Notes: generated by a model from the sequence alone, not told the origin. A DNA stretch of 51,112 nucleotides from Actinomycetota bacterium (GCA_046725875.1 JBKOZJ010000132.1:1-51112), one strand, 5' to 3'. Counted from the first letter of the stretch, positions 1-10,343 are shown. Numbers and translations are program-made.

Positions 1-2
1 GT

Positions 3-32
3 CGTTCAGTTGCGCTGTGGTGGGCCGCCTGA
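3..32 (+). CDS. Trp leader peptide, 3' part (...RSVALWWAA*); start lies outside the window
   Basis: cgt tca gtt gcg ctg TGG TGG gcc gcc TGA directly upstream of trpS; the WWAA* ending resembles Streptomyces trpRS1 leaders. Confidence 0.85.
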   Translation, partial: RSVALWWAA

Positions 33-78
33 CGGGCGGCTGGCTTCGACGTACGGGATCTCATTCGAACCTCCAAGC

Positions 79-105
79 GGCCGCCTTGCCCGAGGCGGCC
101 CTTTT
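79..105 (+). terminator. Attenuator terminator hairpin of the trpS leader
   Basis: GGCCGCCT(79-86)/AGGCGGCC(93-100) stem followed by CTTTT; an alternative antiterminator pairs 34-46 with 75-86. Confidence 0.85.
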
Positions 106-160
106 CGTACCCAGGTCGCGCCCCAGGTCGAGGCGGTTCCACCAACGCAAAGGGACGCAC

Positions 161-1225
161 ATGCATGACGAACATCAGGCCCGGCATGTGACCAAGGTGG
201 CTGATAGCACGGCTGGACGAACGAGCCGGCCGCCAGGAGGGCGGATCTTCAGCGGCACCGCACCGAGCGGGCGGCTTACGCTCGGCCATCTCCTCGGACC
301 GATCAAGCTATGGGTTGCCGGCCAGCATATGATCGACTCGCTGTTCTGCGTGGTCGACCTCCACGCCTTGACCGTCGAACTCGAACCGCGGCTCGTTCGC
401 GAGCGAACGCTGGAGATCTCCGGTTTGTTGCTCGCCGCCGGCCTCGACCCGGACGTCTGCACGATCTTCGTACAGTCGCACGTGCCCGCTCATGCCGAGC
501 TCGCCTGGCTGCTTGAGTCCACGGTTTACGACGGCGAGCTGCGCCGGATGATCCAGTACCGAGAGAAGGCGCGCAAGCAGGGCAGACGGGTCCGGGCCAG
601 CCTGCTCACCTACCCGGCGCTGATGGCCGCGGACATCCTGCTCTATGACGTGACCGAGGTGCCGGTCGGCGACGACCAGCGGCAGCACGTAGAGCTCGCT
701 CGCGATCTCGCTATTCGGTTCAACCGCCGCTACGGCAAGACCTTCGTGGTGCCAAAGGTGGTACTGCCCGAGGTGGCCGCGCGGGTCATGGACCTCGCCG
801 AACCGACCATGAAGATGAGCAAGTCAGCGCCGCCGGACGCGCCGGGCGTCGTCTTCCTGCTCGACTCGGCCGATGTTGTACGGCGAAAGATCGCGCGCGC
901 GGTCACCGATGCCGGGAACGAGGTGGGCTACGAGCCCGCCACTAAGCCCGGGGTATCGAATCTGCTGGACATCCTCGCTAGCTGTGTCGGGGTGCCGGCC
1001 GAGGAGTTGGCCGAGCGCTACACGTCCTACGGAGACCTAAAGGCCGATGTGACCAACGCCGTCGTGGATGCACTGCGCCCGCTCCAGGACGCGTACAAGA
1101 AAATCATGGAGGACCCGGCACTCGTGGCCGGCGTACACAATGCAGGTGCGGAACGCGCCGCCGCTCTCGCCGCGCCAACCCTGCGCCGCGCTCAAGAGGC
1201 GATCGGCCTCCTGCCTCCTTGGTAA
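161..1225 (+). CDS. trpS: Tryptophan--tRNA ligase (auxiliary TrpRS1-like type)
   Basis: FSGxxPSG, TLGH (HIGH variant), VDLHA, YPALMAADIL, VPVGDDQ, KMSKS; ATG161 after AAAGGGA. Confidence 0.95.
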   Translation: MHDEHQARHVTKVADSTAGRTSRPPGGRIFSGTAPSGRLTLGHLLGPIKLWVAGQHMIDSLFCVVDLHALTVELEPRLVRERTLEISGLLLAAGLDPDVCTIFVQSHVPAHAELAWLLESTVYDGELRRMIQYREKARKQGRRVRASLLTYPALMAADILLYDVTEVPVGDDQRQHVELARDLAIRFNRRYGKTFVVPKVVLPEVAARVMDLAEPTMKMSKSAPPDAPGVVFLLDSADVVRRKIARAVTDAGNEVGYEPATKPGVSNLLDILASCVGVPAEELAERYTSYGDLKADVTNAVVDALRPLQDAYKKIMEDPALVAGVHNAGAERAAALAAPTLRRAQEAIGLLPPW

Positions 1226-1305
1226 AGATGCCCTGCTCCAGTCCGGTTTGAGTTAGCGCACCTGCTACTTTCGCACGGTCGGAGGAAGAGCATCGTCTAC
1301 CGAAG

Positions 1306-1345
1306 CGCGGATGTCCCTACTTCTTCGCGGATGTCCCTACTTCTT
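1306..1345. repeat. Perfect 20-bp tandem duplication spanning the proline dehydrogenase stop codon
   Basis: CGCGGATGTCCCTACTTCTT at 1306-1325 and 1326-1345. Confidence 0.9.
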
Positions 1346-2266
1346 GCTGATGAGCGAGCGGAGGAAGAAGGCGAGGTTGGCCGGGCGCTCGGCGAGGCGG
1401 CGCATCAGGTAGCCGTACCACTCGTCGCCGTAGGGCACATAGACGCGGACGGTCTCGCCGAGCCGGGCGAGGCGCCGCTGCTCGTCCGGTCGAACGCCGT
1501 AGAGCATCTGGTATTCGTAGCTGCCCGGGACGCGGCGGGCCTGCGCGGCGAGCACTCCGGCGATCTCGATGAGCCGCGGATCGTGGGTGGCGACCATCGG
1601 GTAGCCAGGAGCGTCCATCAGGATCCTGAGGCAGCGTACATAGGACCGGTCGACCTCGCGGGCGTTCTGATACGCGACCGCCTCGGGCTCGGAGTAGGCA
1701 CCCTTGCAGAGGCGCACCCGGGAGCCCTCGCCGGCGAGGTCGCGGCAGTCGGCCTCGGTGCGCCGCAAATAGGCCTGCAGCACGGCTCCAACGGACGGGA
1801 AGTCCTTCCGTAGAAGCGCGAGAATCGACAGCGTCGAGTCGGTCGTGGTGTGGTCCTCCATGTCAAGCGTGACGATCGTCCCGGCGGCCTTCGCGGCCTC
1901 GCAGATCTGGTACGCGTTGTCGAAGGCGATCTTCTCCCCGTCGCCGGGCAGCGCTTGTCCGACCGCGGACAGCTTGACCGACACCTCTGTGCCCGCGGTC
2001 AGGCCCGCGTCGGCGAGCTGCTTGAGCAGGAGCGTGTACGCGTCCCGCATGGCCTCGGCCTGCGCCCGGTCGAGGGTGTCCTCACCGAGATGGTCCACCG
2101 ACACCGTTAGGCCGTCAGCGAAGAGCTGCGCGGCGACTCGGACTGCGTCCACGGACGACGTTCCCGCAACATAACGCGCGACCACCCGCTTCGACAGTGG
2201 CGCAGTCTCGACGATCCGCCGCAACCTGGGCGAGCCGGAAGCCGACAGCAGTACTCGACGAAGCAC
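1337..2266 (-). CDS. putB: Monofunctional proline dehydrogenase
   Basis: SVKLS, LDMED, RLCKGAY, ATHD, YQMLYG, RVYVPYG, RRLAERP; GTG2266 after AGGAGG. Confidence 0.93.
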   Translation of the reverse strand: MLRRVLLSASGSPRLRRIVETAPLSKRVVARYVAGTSSVDAVRVAAQLFADGLTVSVDHLGEDTLDRAQAEAMRDAYTLLLKQLADAGLTAGTEVSVKLSAVGQALPGDGEKIAFDNAYQICEAAKAAGTIVTLDMEDHTTTDSTLSILALLRKDFPSVGAVLQAYLRRTEADCRDLAGEGSRVRLCKGAYSEPEAVAYQNAREVDRSYVRCLRILMDAPGYPMVATHDPRLIEIAGVLAAQARRVPGSYEYQMLYGVRPDEQRRLARLGETVRVYVPYGDEWYGYLMRRLAERPANLAFFLRSLISKK

Positions 2267-2403
2267 GGCGAGCCTCCTTGATCCGCGGATCAACGCTGAA
2301 CCGCGAGACCAAGAGTAATGCCGCCCTCGGCGCTCCTTCCGCCACCGCGAACGGGCCGCCGCGCCCGCGTGCCGTTCGGTCACGGGCTCAGTTGAGATCG
2401 GCC

Positions 2404-3003
2404 TCAGTCAAGATCGGCGGTGAGGTAGCGCTGCAGGGTGGGGGAAACCCAGCGCGCGACATTGTCGACGCTCGCGCTCGCCAGCGGCTCGGCTTGGAGT
2501 ACGTATCGAGCGAGGATGACCCCGCCTACCTGGGAGAACAACAACGCCGCGCGGCGCGCGGGCTCGCTGACGCCGAGCTCGGTGAGGTTCGGCACAATCA
2601 CCGATTCGAGGAGGTAGCCGCGCATGAGCGCCGCGAAGTTCTCGTTGGTGACTGCGGATCTCAGGACCGCGAGGACGCGCGCCTTACCATCAGCGGTGTC
2701 GAGGACGGAGAGCAGGAAGCGGATGAGCCGATCGCCCAGCCCGGCGACTCCAGGGGCCATCAGCTTCGGAACCATCTCCGAAGGGTCGAGGGGTAGCTCG
2801 AGGGCGGCGACGAAGATCTTCTGCTTGTTGCCGAAGTAGTGGTGGACAAGCGCCGGATCGACATCCGCGGCTCTGGCGATGCCACGTATCGTCGCACCGT
2901 CGAAGCCAAACGCGGCGAACTCGTTTCGCGCCGCTGCGAGGATCTCCGCCTTGGTGTCCGTACTCCCCGGTCGCCGCCCACGGCGCCGTAGCGGCGCGGT
3001 CAC
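2404..3003 (-). CDS. TetR/AcrR family transcriptional regulator
   Basis: RGRRPG...[31 protein letters not shown] overlap with the upstream gene. Confidence 0.92.
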   Translation of the reverse strand: MTAPLRRRGRRPGSTDTKAEILAAARNEFAAFGFDGATIRGIARAADVDPALVHHYFGNKQKIFVAALELPLDPSEMVPKLMAPGVAGLGDRLIRFLLSVLDTADGKARVLAVLRSAVTNENFAALMRGYLLESVIVPNLTELGVSEPARRAALLFSQVGGVILARYVLQAEPLASASVDNVARWVSPTLQRYLTADLD

Positions 3004-4040
3004 CGTCCGCCTTCGGTGCCGAAGTCCTCATGGCTGCGACCTCCCAAGGCGTCCCCAGCGTCAGGAATCTCGTCGGGAGGAACCGCCCAGACGCCGCCCA
3101 GGTCGGGCGCCGCGTCGGTATGACCCACCCAGACCCGCTTTCCGTCACGCCCGGCCCCGCTGGATACCCATGCCGGACTCAGGTGTAGTCGGGCGAAGGA
3201 GAGCGCCTCGAGCAGGTCGAGCTCGCGAGCCTCCGGGCTCGCCGCGCGGCGGGTACTTATCTCTATAACGACCGTGCCTGTGAAGCCATCGGCCGCCAGC
3301 TTGCCGAGAAGCACATCGCAAGGCTGGGTCCCGCGGCCGGGGACCAGGTGCTCGTCCCGAGCCGAACCGGAGCCGTCGGCAAGATGGACATGCGCAAGTC
3401 GATCGCCGAGCTTATCGGCAAGTGCTAGCGCGTCCAGATGGGAAGTTGCGGTGTGCGAGAGGTCGAGCGTGGTGTGCGCGTAAGCGCCATTCGACACGTC
3501 CCAGTCAGGCAGATATGCCGCGATCTCCCGACCGCGGGCGCGCCAGGGAAACATGTTCTCGACCGCGAACACGACGGGCGTTTCCTCGCCCATCCTGGCA
3601 AGGCCCGACTCGAACTGATTGGCGTACTCCCGCTGCCAGCGAAACGGCGGATGCACGACCACCGTCGAAGCGCCCACGAGCTCGGCAACCTCGCGCGCAC
3701 GCGTGAGCTTCACCCACGGATCAGTGGTCCAAACCCGCTGGGTGATGAGCAGACAGGGCGTGTGAATCGACGTCACCGGGATCTGGTAGTGCTCGGAGAG
3801 CCGCCGCAGCGCCTGTGGGTCCTGGCTGACTGGATCGGTACTAACCATGATCTCGACCCCGTCGAAGCCGAGCCTGGCGGCGATCTCGAACGCCCGGGCG
3901 GTGGACTCCGGGTAGGTCGAGGCTGTGGACATGGCGACTCGCACCCCCCCGCCTATCTCCCCGCCGCCCTTCGGCCCACGGTCCTGCCCGCCGCCGTTTT
4001 GCCCGCCGTCTGGATATGCGGCGCGCGTACCGATACTCAC
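3000..4040 (-). CDS. Sugar phosphate isomerase/epimerase (AP endonuclease 2 TIM barrel; Rv0498-like)
   Basis: [46 protein letters not shown]; start inferred from TACTCT-N7-GTG. Confidence 0.85.
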   Translation of the reverse strand: MSIGTRAAYPDGGQNGGGQDRGPKGGGEIGGGVRVAMSTASTYPESTARAFEIAARLGFDGVEIMVSTDPVSQDPQALRRLSEHYQIPVTSIHTPCLLITQRVWTTDPWVKLTRAREVAELVGASTVVVHPPFRWQREYANQFESGLARMGEETPVVFAVENMFPWRARGREIAAYLPDWDVSNGAYAHTTLDLSHTATSHLDALALADKLGDRLAHVHLADGSGSARDEHLVPGRGTQPCDVLLGKLAADGFTGTVVIEISTRRAASPEARELDLLEALSFARLHLSPAWVSSGAGRDGKRVWVGHTDAAPDLGGVWAVPPDEIPDAGDALGGRSHEDFGTEGGR

Positions 4041-4156
4041 GCAGACCAGAGTAGGCGGATGACCTGCCCGCCCGTCGCGGCCCGCGAAACGGACATCGAG
4101 CCGGCCGAACCGAGCGTCGGCGGGCGGCGCGGCCGGCACGGCCTAATCTGGGAGAC

Positions 4157-4894
4157 ATGCCTGAGGTGGCGCTCGACTTCCCGCGTGCCTGGGTCGAGTT
4201 CACCGATCCCGGTGCCGGCGACCAGGTGTTCCGCTGCGATCTGACCTGGCTGACCTCCCGATGGACCTGCATCTTCGCCCGTGGCTGCCGCGGGAACCTG
4301 CCGGGCCGGCCGGACGATGGGTGCTGTTCGCATGGCGCCCACTTCTCGGACCGAGACGACGAGCGGCGAGTACGGAAATGGGCGAAGCGGCTCACCGATG
4401 ACGACTGGCAGTACCGCGCGGAGGGTCTGACCAACGGCATCGTCGAGAAGGACGAGGAAGGCGCCCCGAAGACGCGGGTTGTGGACGACGCGTGCATCTT
4501 CCTGAACCGGCCGGACTTCCACCGCGGGCCAGGCTGCGCCCTGCACGTGCTCGCCAATCGCCTCGGCGTGCACCCACTCGAATCCAAGCCCGACGTCTGC
4601 TGGCAGCTGCCCATCCGCCGCACGTACCGGTGGGTAACCAGGCCGGATGACACGAAGTATCTCGAGGTCACGATCGCCGAGTACGACCGACGGGCCTGGG
4701 GCGCCGGCGGACACGACTTCGTCTGGTGGTGTACGGGGGCGACCGAAGCACATATCGCCCGAGAGCCCGTTTACCGGTCGTACGAGCGAGAGCTTGTGGA
4801 GCTGATGGGCCCGAAGGCATATGACGCGCTCGTCCGGTTTTGCGAGGAGCACGAGGCGAACCGATTCAAGGTGGCTCCGCATCCTGCGGACTAG
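4157..4894 (+). CDS. Conserved Cys-rich actinobacterial protein (Rv0495c-like, probable metal/Fe-S binding)
   Basis: [43 protein letters not shown]3-rich frame. Confidence 0.8.
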   Translation: MPEVALDFPRAWVEFTDPGAGDQVFRCDLTWLTSRWTCIFARGCRGNLPGRPDDGCCSHGAHFSDRDDERRVRKWAKRLTDDDWQYRAEGLTNGIVEKDEEGAPKTRVVDDACIFLNRPDFHRGPGCALHVLANRLGVHPLESKPDVCWQLPIRRTYRWVTRPDDTKYLEVTIAEYDRRAWGAGGHDFVWWCTGATEAHIAREPVYRSYERELVELMGPKAYDALVRFCEEHEANRFKVAPHPAD

Positions 4895-5029
4895 CAACGG
4901 AGACCTCTTGGATCTCGATCGATAGCCGGTGTGGTAAAGGACCCGCGCGCATAGTTGCCGCCGGCAGGCACCGATGGCTTCACCTCCAGCTCACCCTCTT
5001 GTCGGTGCCGGGTCCTAACGTTGCTGGGC

Positions 5030-6394
5030 ATGGGGAGGACGGCGAACCGGCGAGAGCGCCAGGCCTACCGATGTGCCGAGTGCGGCTGGCAGACGCCGAA
5101 GTGGGTGGGGCGCTGCGGCGAGTGCCAAGCCTGGGGCACGGTCGAGGAGACCGGCGCCGTCGTCCCTCGTACGATCCGACCCGGTTCGGTCACGGCGCCC
5201 GCGGTGCCCATCGCGACCGTCGATGCCGAGGCGGCGCAAGCCAGACGGACCGACGTGGACGAGCTTGACCGCGTCCTCGGCGGCGGCTTCGTGCCTGGCG
5301 CGGTCGCACTACTGGCCGGTGAGCCCGGCGTCGGCAAGTCAACGCTGCTGCTCGAGGTTGCGGCTCGCTGGGCGACCAGTGACAACCGCGCGCTGTATGT
5401 AACGGCGGAGGAGTCGGCGGCGCAAGTGCGCTTGCGTGCCGGGCGGACCGGGGCGCTCTCGGCAGATCTCTTCCTCGCCGCCGAGGTCGACCTCGGTGCC
5501 GTCCTAGCTCACATCGAGGAGGTGAAGCCAACGCTGGTAGTCGTCGACTCGGTGCAAACCGTGTCATCGATGGAGGTCGATGGAACGGCGGGCGGGATCA
5601 CCCAAGTGCGCGAGGTCGCCGCCGCGCTTATCCGGGTCGCCAAGGAGCGCGGCATCGCAACCGTCATCGTCGGCCACGTGACCAAGGACGGATCGATCGC
5701 GGGTCCCCGGCTCCTGGAGCACCTCGTAGACATCGTCCTCTACTTCGAGGGTGACCGGCATTCGCCGCTGCGAATGGTGCGGGCGGTCAAGAACCGGTTC
5801 GGCCCCAGCGACGAGGTCGGCTGCTTCGACCTCTCCGACGCCGGCATCATGTCGCTCGCCGACCCGACCAGCTTGTTCCTCTCCAGACACACTTCCCCGG
5901 TGCCTGGGACCTGCGTGACCGTCACCGTGGAAGGCAGGCGGCCGCTGCTCACCGAAGTGCAGGCGCTTGTCGCCGGATCCGCCCTCGGCTCGCCGCGCCG
6001 TGCGACGTCCGGCCTCGACTCGAGCCGGATCGCGATGATCCTCGCCGTCCTCGAGCGGCGCGGTGGCTTCCGGCTGATCGATCGCGAGGTCTACGCCGCG
6101 ACCGTGGGCGGCGCCAAGGTCACCGAGCCAGCGGCCGATCTCGCGGTCGCGCTGGCCGTGGCGAGCTCCGCCACCAGTTCGCCGGTCTTCTCACGGTTGG
6201 TGGCAATCGGCGAGGTTGGCCTGGCCGGTGAGATCCGCCGGGTATCCGGTGTCGAGCGGCGGCTGGCAGAGGCGGCCCGGCTCGGCTTCACTCATGCGGT
6301 CGTGCCACCGGAGCCGGGACTGGTGCCCGCAGGGATGGCCGTACGCCAGGCCGGCGACCTCGCCTCCGCCCTCCGGGCTCTCCATCCGACTTGA
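5030..6394 (+). CDS. radA: DNA repair protein RadA/Sms
   Basis: CAEC..CGEC zinc finger, Walker [14 protein letters not shown], Lon-like C-terminus. Confidence 0.97.
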   Translation: MGRTANRRERQAYRCAECGWQTPKWVGRCGECQAWGTVEETGAVVPRTIRPGSVTAPAVPIATVDAEAAQARRTDVDELDRVLGGGFVPGAVALLAGEPGVGKSTLLLEVAARWATSDNRALYVTAEESAAQVRLRAGRTGALSADLFLAAEVDLGAVLAHIEEVKPTLVVVDSVQTVSSMEVDGTAGGITQVREVAAALIRVAKERGIATVIVGHVTKDGSIAGPRLLEHLVDIVLYFEGDRHSPLRMVRAVKNRFGPSDEVGCFDLSDAGIMSLADPTSLFLSRHTSPVPGTCVTVTVEGRRPLLTEVQALVAGSALGSPRRATSGLDSSRIAMILAVLERRGGFRLIDREVYAATVGGAKVTEPAADLAVALAVASSATSSPVFSRLVAIGEVGLAGEIRRVSGVERRLAEAARLGFTHAVVPPEPGLVPAGMAVRQAGDLASALRALHPT

Positions 6395-6486
6395 CAGACG
6401 GTATTGGCGTGTACGCGCTTCGTGATTTTGACGGAGGGCCCGATAGACTCAGCGGCTATCTCATGGCGAACGATCACGGGGAATCA

Positions 6487-7587
6487 GTGGCTACGAGCAA
6501 CCGGTCCGACATGAGCTTGGGCCATGACACCGATCTGCGACCCACCCTGGCCACGGTGGCGCCGGGGACGCCGCTGCGGGAAGGGTTGGAACGCATCCTG
6601 CGCGGCAACACCGGTGGCCTCATCGTCCTCGGCTTCGACCGGGCGGTCGAGGCCATGTGCACGGGCGGCTTCGAGCTTGACGTGGACTTCTCGGCCACCC
6701 GCCTGCGAGAGCTAGCCAAGATGGACGGCGCCATCATCGTCGATCGTGACTGCACCCGCATACTCCGCGCCGCCGTGCACATGATGCCCGATCCGGCCAT
6801 TGCCACCGACGAGTCCGGCACCCGGCACCGAACTGCCGACCGGATCAGTAAGCAGACCGGATTCCCTGTCGTCTCGGTCAGCCAGTCGATGCGGTTGATC
6901 GCGATCTATGTCGACGGCGGCCGGCATGTTCTCGAAGATTCGGCGGCGATCCTGTCCCGCGCCAACCAGGCGCTCGCAACCCTGGAGCGGTACAAGCTGC
7001 GGCTCGACGAGGTTTCTTGAACCCTGTCCGCGCTCGAGATTGAGGATCTAGTGACTGTCCGAGATGTCAGCGCGGTCACGCAACGGCTGGAGATGGTACG
7101 CAGGATCGCGAGCGAGATCCAGGGGTACGTCGTGGAGCTCGGCAGCGACGGCCGGCTCCTGACCCTCCAGCTGGACGAACTTGTCTCCGGCGTGGAGCCC
7201 GACCGTGAACTCGTGGTGCGCGACTACCTTCCAGCGAGCCGCAAGCCGCGGACTCCGGCCAGCGTGCTCTCGGACCTCGACGAGCTGAGCGCAAGCGAAC
7301 TCCTCGACCTCCCGATGGTCGCCCGAGCGGTTGGCCTGAGTAGTGGCTCCGACGGCTTGGATACGGCCATGAGCCCCCGCGGCTACCGGCTGCTCTCCAG
7401 GATTCCGCGGCTGCCGGACACGGTTATCGACCGGCTGATCGACCACTTCGGAGACCTGCAGAAGTTGCTCGCGGCCAGCATCGACGACCTGCTCGCCGTC
7501 GACGGGGTTGGGGAGTCCAGGGCCCGCTCCATCCGCGAAGGCCTGTCCCGACTCGCTGAATCCTCGATCCTCGAACGCTACGTGTGA
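6487..7587 (+). pseudogene. disA: Diadenylate cyclase DisA interrupted by an in-frame TGA at 7018-7020
   Basis: ORFs 6391-7020 (DGA and RHR cyclase motifs) and 7051-7587 (linker, HhH) share one frame, reading RLDEVS*TLSALEIEDL; start uncertain (6463 or 6487). Confidence 0.85.
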
Positions 7588-7765
7588 GGCGTCGGATCAT
7601 CCTGGGCCTGCTCGCCGCCCTACCGGTTCCTCGCTGCAGCGTACGCGGCCGAAGTCGACGGTCGGGGCGTCGAGCCGCGGATCGCCCCGGCCGAGCGCGC
7701 CGCGAGCATGGTGGTCCGCGCCTAGGCGAAGGCACTCCGAGCGGCGACATCAAATCAGCAGCGTC

Positions 7766-8539
7766 CTAGCCCTGGGCGACGGGTTCGAGGATGAACACCG
7801 CCTCCGGGCTGCGCACATCTCCTGCGGCGGCCGCCACCGTGTAGGTGCCTGGGCTTGCCGTTCCTTGGCCGGTTGGGCATCCAGGCTTCGACCGGCTGCG
7901 ATCCCAGGTGACCTTGACGGTCACCGGAGCAAGGCGCTGCAACGTGACTACCTCACTGTCCTCGTGCGCGGCGCAGTCGTCCGTCGACCATATATGGTCG
8001 CCGCCGGACTCGACGTCGATTCGCCATCCCACCGGACCGATGTCGAGCTTGCAGGCCCCGTCGCCGACGTTGAAGAAGGAGAGTGCGAACTCCGGCTTCT
8101 CAGCGCTGGCATAGCTGCGCTTGTCGGGCCGGACATCGAGCCGGATGTTGTCGTCGACGCAGTAGCCGGGCCGCACCGCGCCACCGGCGCCTCCCACGAC
8201 GGACGCCTCGGCAACCGGCGTTTGCGACACGCCCTCAGCGGGGGACTCTCCGGCCCCGGGGCTCTCCTGCCCGCCGGTGGGCTCGCCACCTGTGGGCTCG
8301 CCCGTTCCCGTGGGCTCGGGCGACTCGGTCTCCCCGTCCCCGGTGCCGGCTGTGCCCGGGGCGGTCGTCATCGGTTGCCCGTTGCCGGTCCGCTGCGCCC
8401 CGTTGCCCGCGTCTGGACCGGGCGAGCACGACCGAACCACGAGGTAGGACACGAGGACCACAAGTGCGAGCACGATCGCACGCCGCCGCCAATAGGTGGC
8501 GGGCGAGCCGGGCCCGACCGGTCGCAGCAGCGAGTCCAC
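7766..8539 (-). CDS. Membrane-anchored actinobacterial protein (Rv3587c-like)
   Basis: RPVGP..YWRRR plus TM helix, P/T/G linker, Cys-containing C-domain (IWSTDDC, WDRSRS..GC); TATGGT-N7-GTG start. Confidence 0.8.
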   Translation of the reverse strand: MDSLLRPVGPGSPATYWRRRAIVLALVVLVSYLVVRSCSPGPDAGNGAQRTGNGQPMTTAPGTAGTGDGETESPEPTGTGEPTGGEPTGGQESPGAGESPAEGVSQTPVAEASVVGGAGGAVRPGYCVDDNIRLDVRPDKRSYASAEKPEFALSFFNVGDGACKLDIGPVGWRIDVESGGDHIWSTDDCAAHEDSEVVTLQRLAPVTVKVTWDRSRSKPGCPTGQGTASPGTYTVAAAAGDVRSPEAVFILEPVAQG

Positions 8540-8715
8540 GATCGCCACCATAGGAGCGATCGGTCGCAACTCGTCGGCGCAACGCCGTGGGCCAACGGAA
8601 TGCCATGGCGAAAGGAGCGGCCCCGCTTGGGCCTCGTCCGGACTCTGCCGCTGCATTCCAGAGCGTGCATGCGCCGGCGCCGCCGGCGCCGGGGGATGAC
8701 ACGATCAGACATGCC

Positions 8716-9684
8716 ATGAGTGACAGTGTCGAGCTGCTACCCGTACCCGTCGATCCGGACAAGGCGCTGATTGCGCCCGTCCTCGACTGGTACGCCGGGA
8801 ATGCGCGGGATCTGCCGTGGCGGCGACCCGATGCCGGTCCGTGGGCCGTGCTCGTGAGCGAGTTCATGCTGCAGCAGACACCGGTCACCCGCGTCCTATC
8901 TGTGTACGAGACCTGGATGGCGCGCTGGCCGACACCGGCGGCGCTCGCGGCCGAACCGTCCGGGGAAGCAATACGAGCCTGGGGACGACTCGGCTATCCG
9001 CGCCGGGCGCTACGGCTGCACGCGGCCGCTGAACGCATCGTCAGCGACTACGACGGTCAAGTGCCATCTGGCTACGAGGATCTCCGTGGGCTTCCCGGCG
9101 TGGGCGACTACACGGCGGCGGCGGTCGGGTCCTTCGCCTTCGGGGGGCGCCACCTGGTGCTGGACACCAATACTCGCCGCGTTGTCATCCGCGCGGTGGC
9201 GGGGAGCGAATCTCCCCCGCGTGGCGCGGCCACCGCCGCAGAACGCCGGCTCGCGGAGGCGATTGTCCCGACCGACCCGGCCCGGGCCAGTGCCTGGGCG
9301 GTCGCATCCATGGAGCTGGGCGCGCTCGTGTGCATCTCCCTGGCTCCCCGGTGCATGACCTGCCCGGTGCGACGGACTTGCGCCTGGCAGCGCGGCGGCC
9401 GGCCCTCGGTCGGCCCGGTTCGCCGGCGCCAGCCGTACGCGGGCACAGACCGGCAGGCTCGAGGCGCACTCCTTGGGGTAGTCCGGGACGGCGGTGGGAA
9501 TGTCACGACGGCGGAGCTGGCCGCAGCATGGCCGCAGCTGCCAGAGCAGCGGGCGAGGGCACTCGCCGGTCTCGTAGCCGACGGCCTGGTCGAGCGCCTC
9601 CCCACCGGCAGCTACGGCTTGCCCGGCTCTAGCCAGCAGCGATCCCAACCGGCAAGCTTGCCGTCCAGAGGAGGAGCTCAGTAA
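8716..9684 (+). CDS. mutY: A/G-specific adenine glycosylase
   Basis: RDLPWR, SEFMLQQT, LGYPRRA, LPGVGDYTA, C-x6-C-x2-C-x5-C Fe-S motif. Confidence 0.95.
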   Translation: MSDSVELLPVPVDPDKALIAPVLDWYAGNARDLPWRRPDAGPWAVLVSEFMLQQTPVTRVLSVYETWMARWPTPAALAAEPSGEAIRAWGRLGYPRRALRLHAAAERIVSDYDGQVPSGYEDLRGLPGVGDYTAAAVGSFAFGGRHLVLDTNTRRVVIRAVAGSESPPRGAATAAERRLAEAIVPTDPARASAWAVASMELGALVCISLAPRCMTCPVRRTCAWQRGGRPSVGPVRRRQPYAGTDRQARGALLGVVRDGGGNVTTAELAAAWPQLPEQRARALAGLVADGLVERLPTGSYGLPGSSQQRSQPASLPSRGGAQ

Positions 9685-10292
9685 TGACCGACACCGGACC
9701 GACCTCACCATTCGACGAACCGCCGACCAACCGACCACCAACCCAGCCGGCACAGCCGGAACAACCGCAGCAGCCGCCGTCCTACCCGTCGTATCCGCAG
9801 ATGCCTGGGTATGCCGAGGGCCCGACCGAGCCGCCGCCGACACCGCCCCAGGACGTCGACCGGGCGTCAAAGATTTTGTACGGCCTGGCCGGCCTCGGAA
9901 TCTTGAATACGCTTCTCTCATTCACGATGAGGGACCAGATCCGCGATGCAATCGCGGACCGCTATCCGGACTACACAGCCGACGAGCTCGACTCCACCGT
10001 CAATGCTTTTCTCGCTATCGCCGTTGTGGTCGGGATCGTCTTCGCGCTGATCTACATCCTGCTGGCGAGGAAGATCCTGCAGGGACGAAGCTGGGCGAGG
10101 ATCGTGGCGACGATATTGCTCGCCCTCAACGCCCTCAATCTCCTCAGCGTCGGGCAGCCACAGCCGGCCGTCTTGCGCGCCCTGGGAGTCATCGCGGCAC
10201 TTGTGGCAATAGCCGCGCTGGTCTTCCTTTGGCGACGGCCGGCCAGCGAATTCTTTGCCGCCCATGCCCGAAGGCGCGCCTATCGCGGCTAA
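9684..10292 (+). CDS. Hypothetical membrane protein (Pro/Gln-rich N-terminus, about 4 TM helices)
   Basis: GGAGGAG RBS, TAATG coupling to mutY, hydrophobic segments. Confidence 0.8.
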   Translation: MTDTGPTSPFDEPPTNRPPTQPAQPEQPQQPPSYPSYPQMPGYAEGPTEPPPTPPQDVDRASKILYGLAGLGILNTLLSFTMRDQIRDAIADRYPDYTADELDSTVNAFLAIAVVVGIVFALIYILLARKILQGRSWARIVATILLALNALNLLSVGQPQPAVLRALGVIAALVAIAALVFLWRRPASEFFAAHARRRAYRG

Positions 10293-10343
10293 GCAGCTTG
10301 CCGCACCGAGATCCATTCCCGGTGGGAGTCCGAACGGCCAAAT

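Noticed and set aside
17..160. N-terminal extension of TrpRS in the ORF track; T-box riboswitch
   Set aside because: The region is the leader peptide and attenuator, no T-box consensus is seen, and ATG161 has an RBS
7018..7060. disA TGA as selenocysteine or genome-wide UGA recoding
   Set aside because: The position is not a Cys site, no SECIS-like hairpin is evident, and many intact genes here (radA, lysS, cysS, dtd) end at TGA
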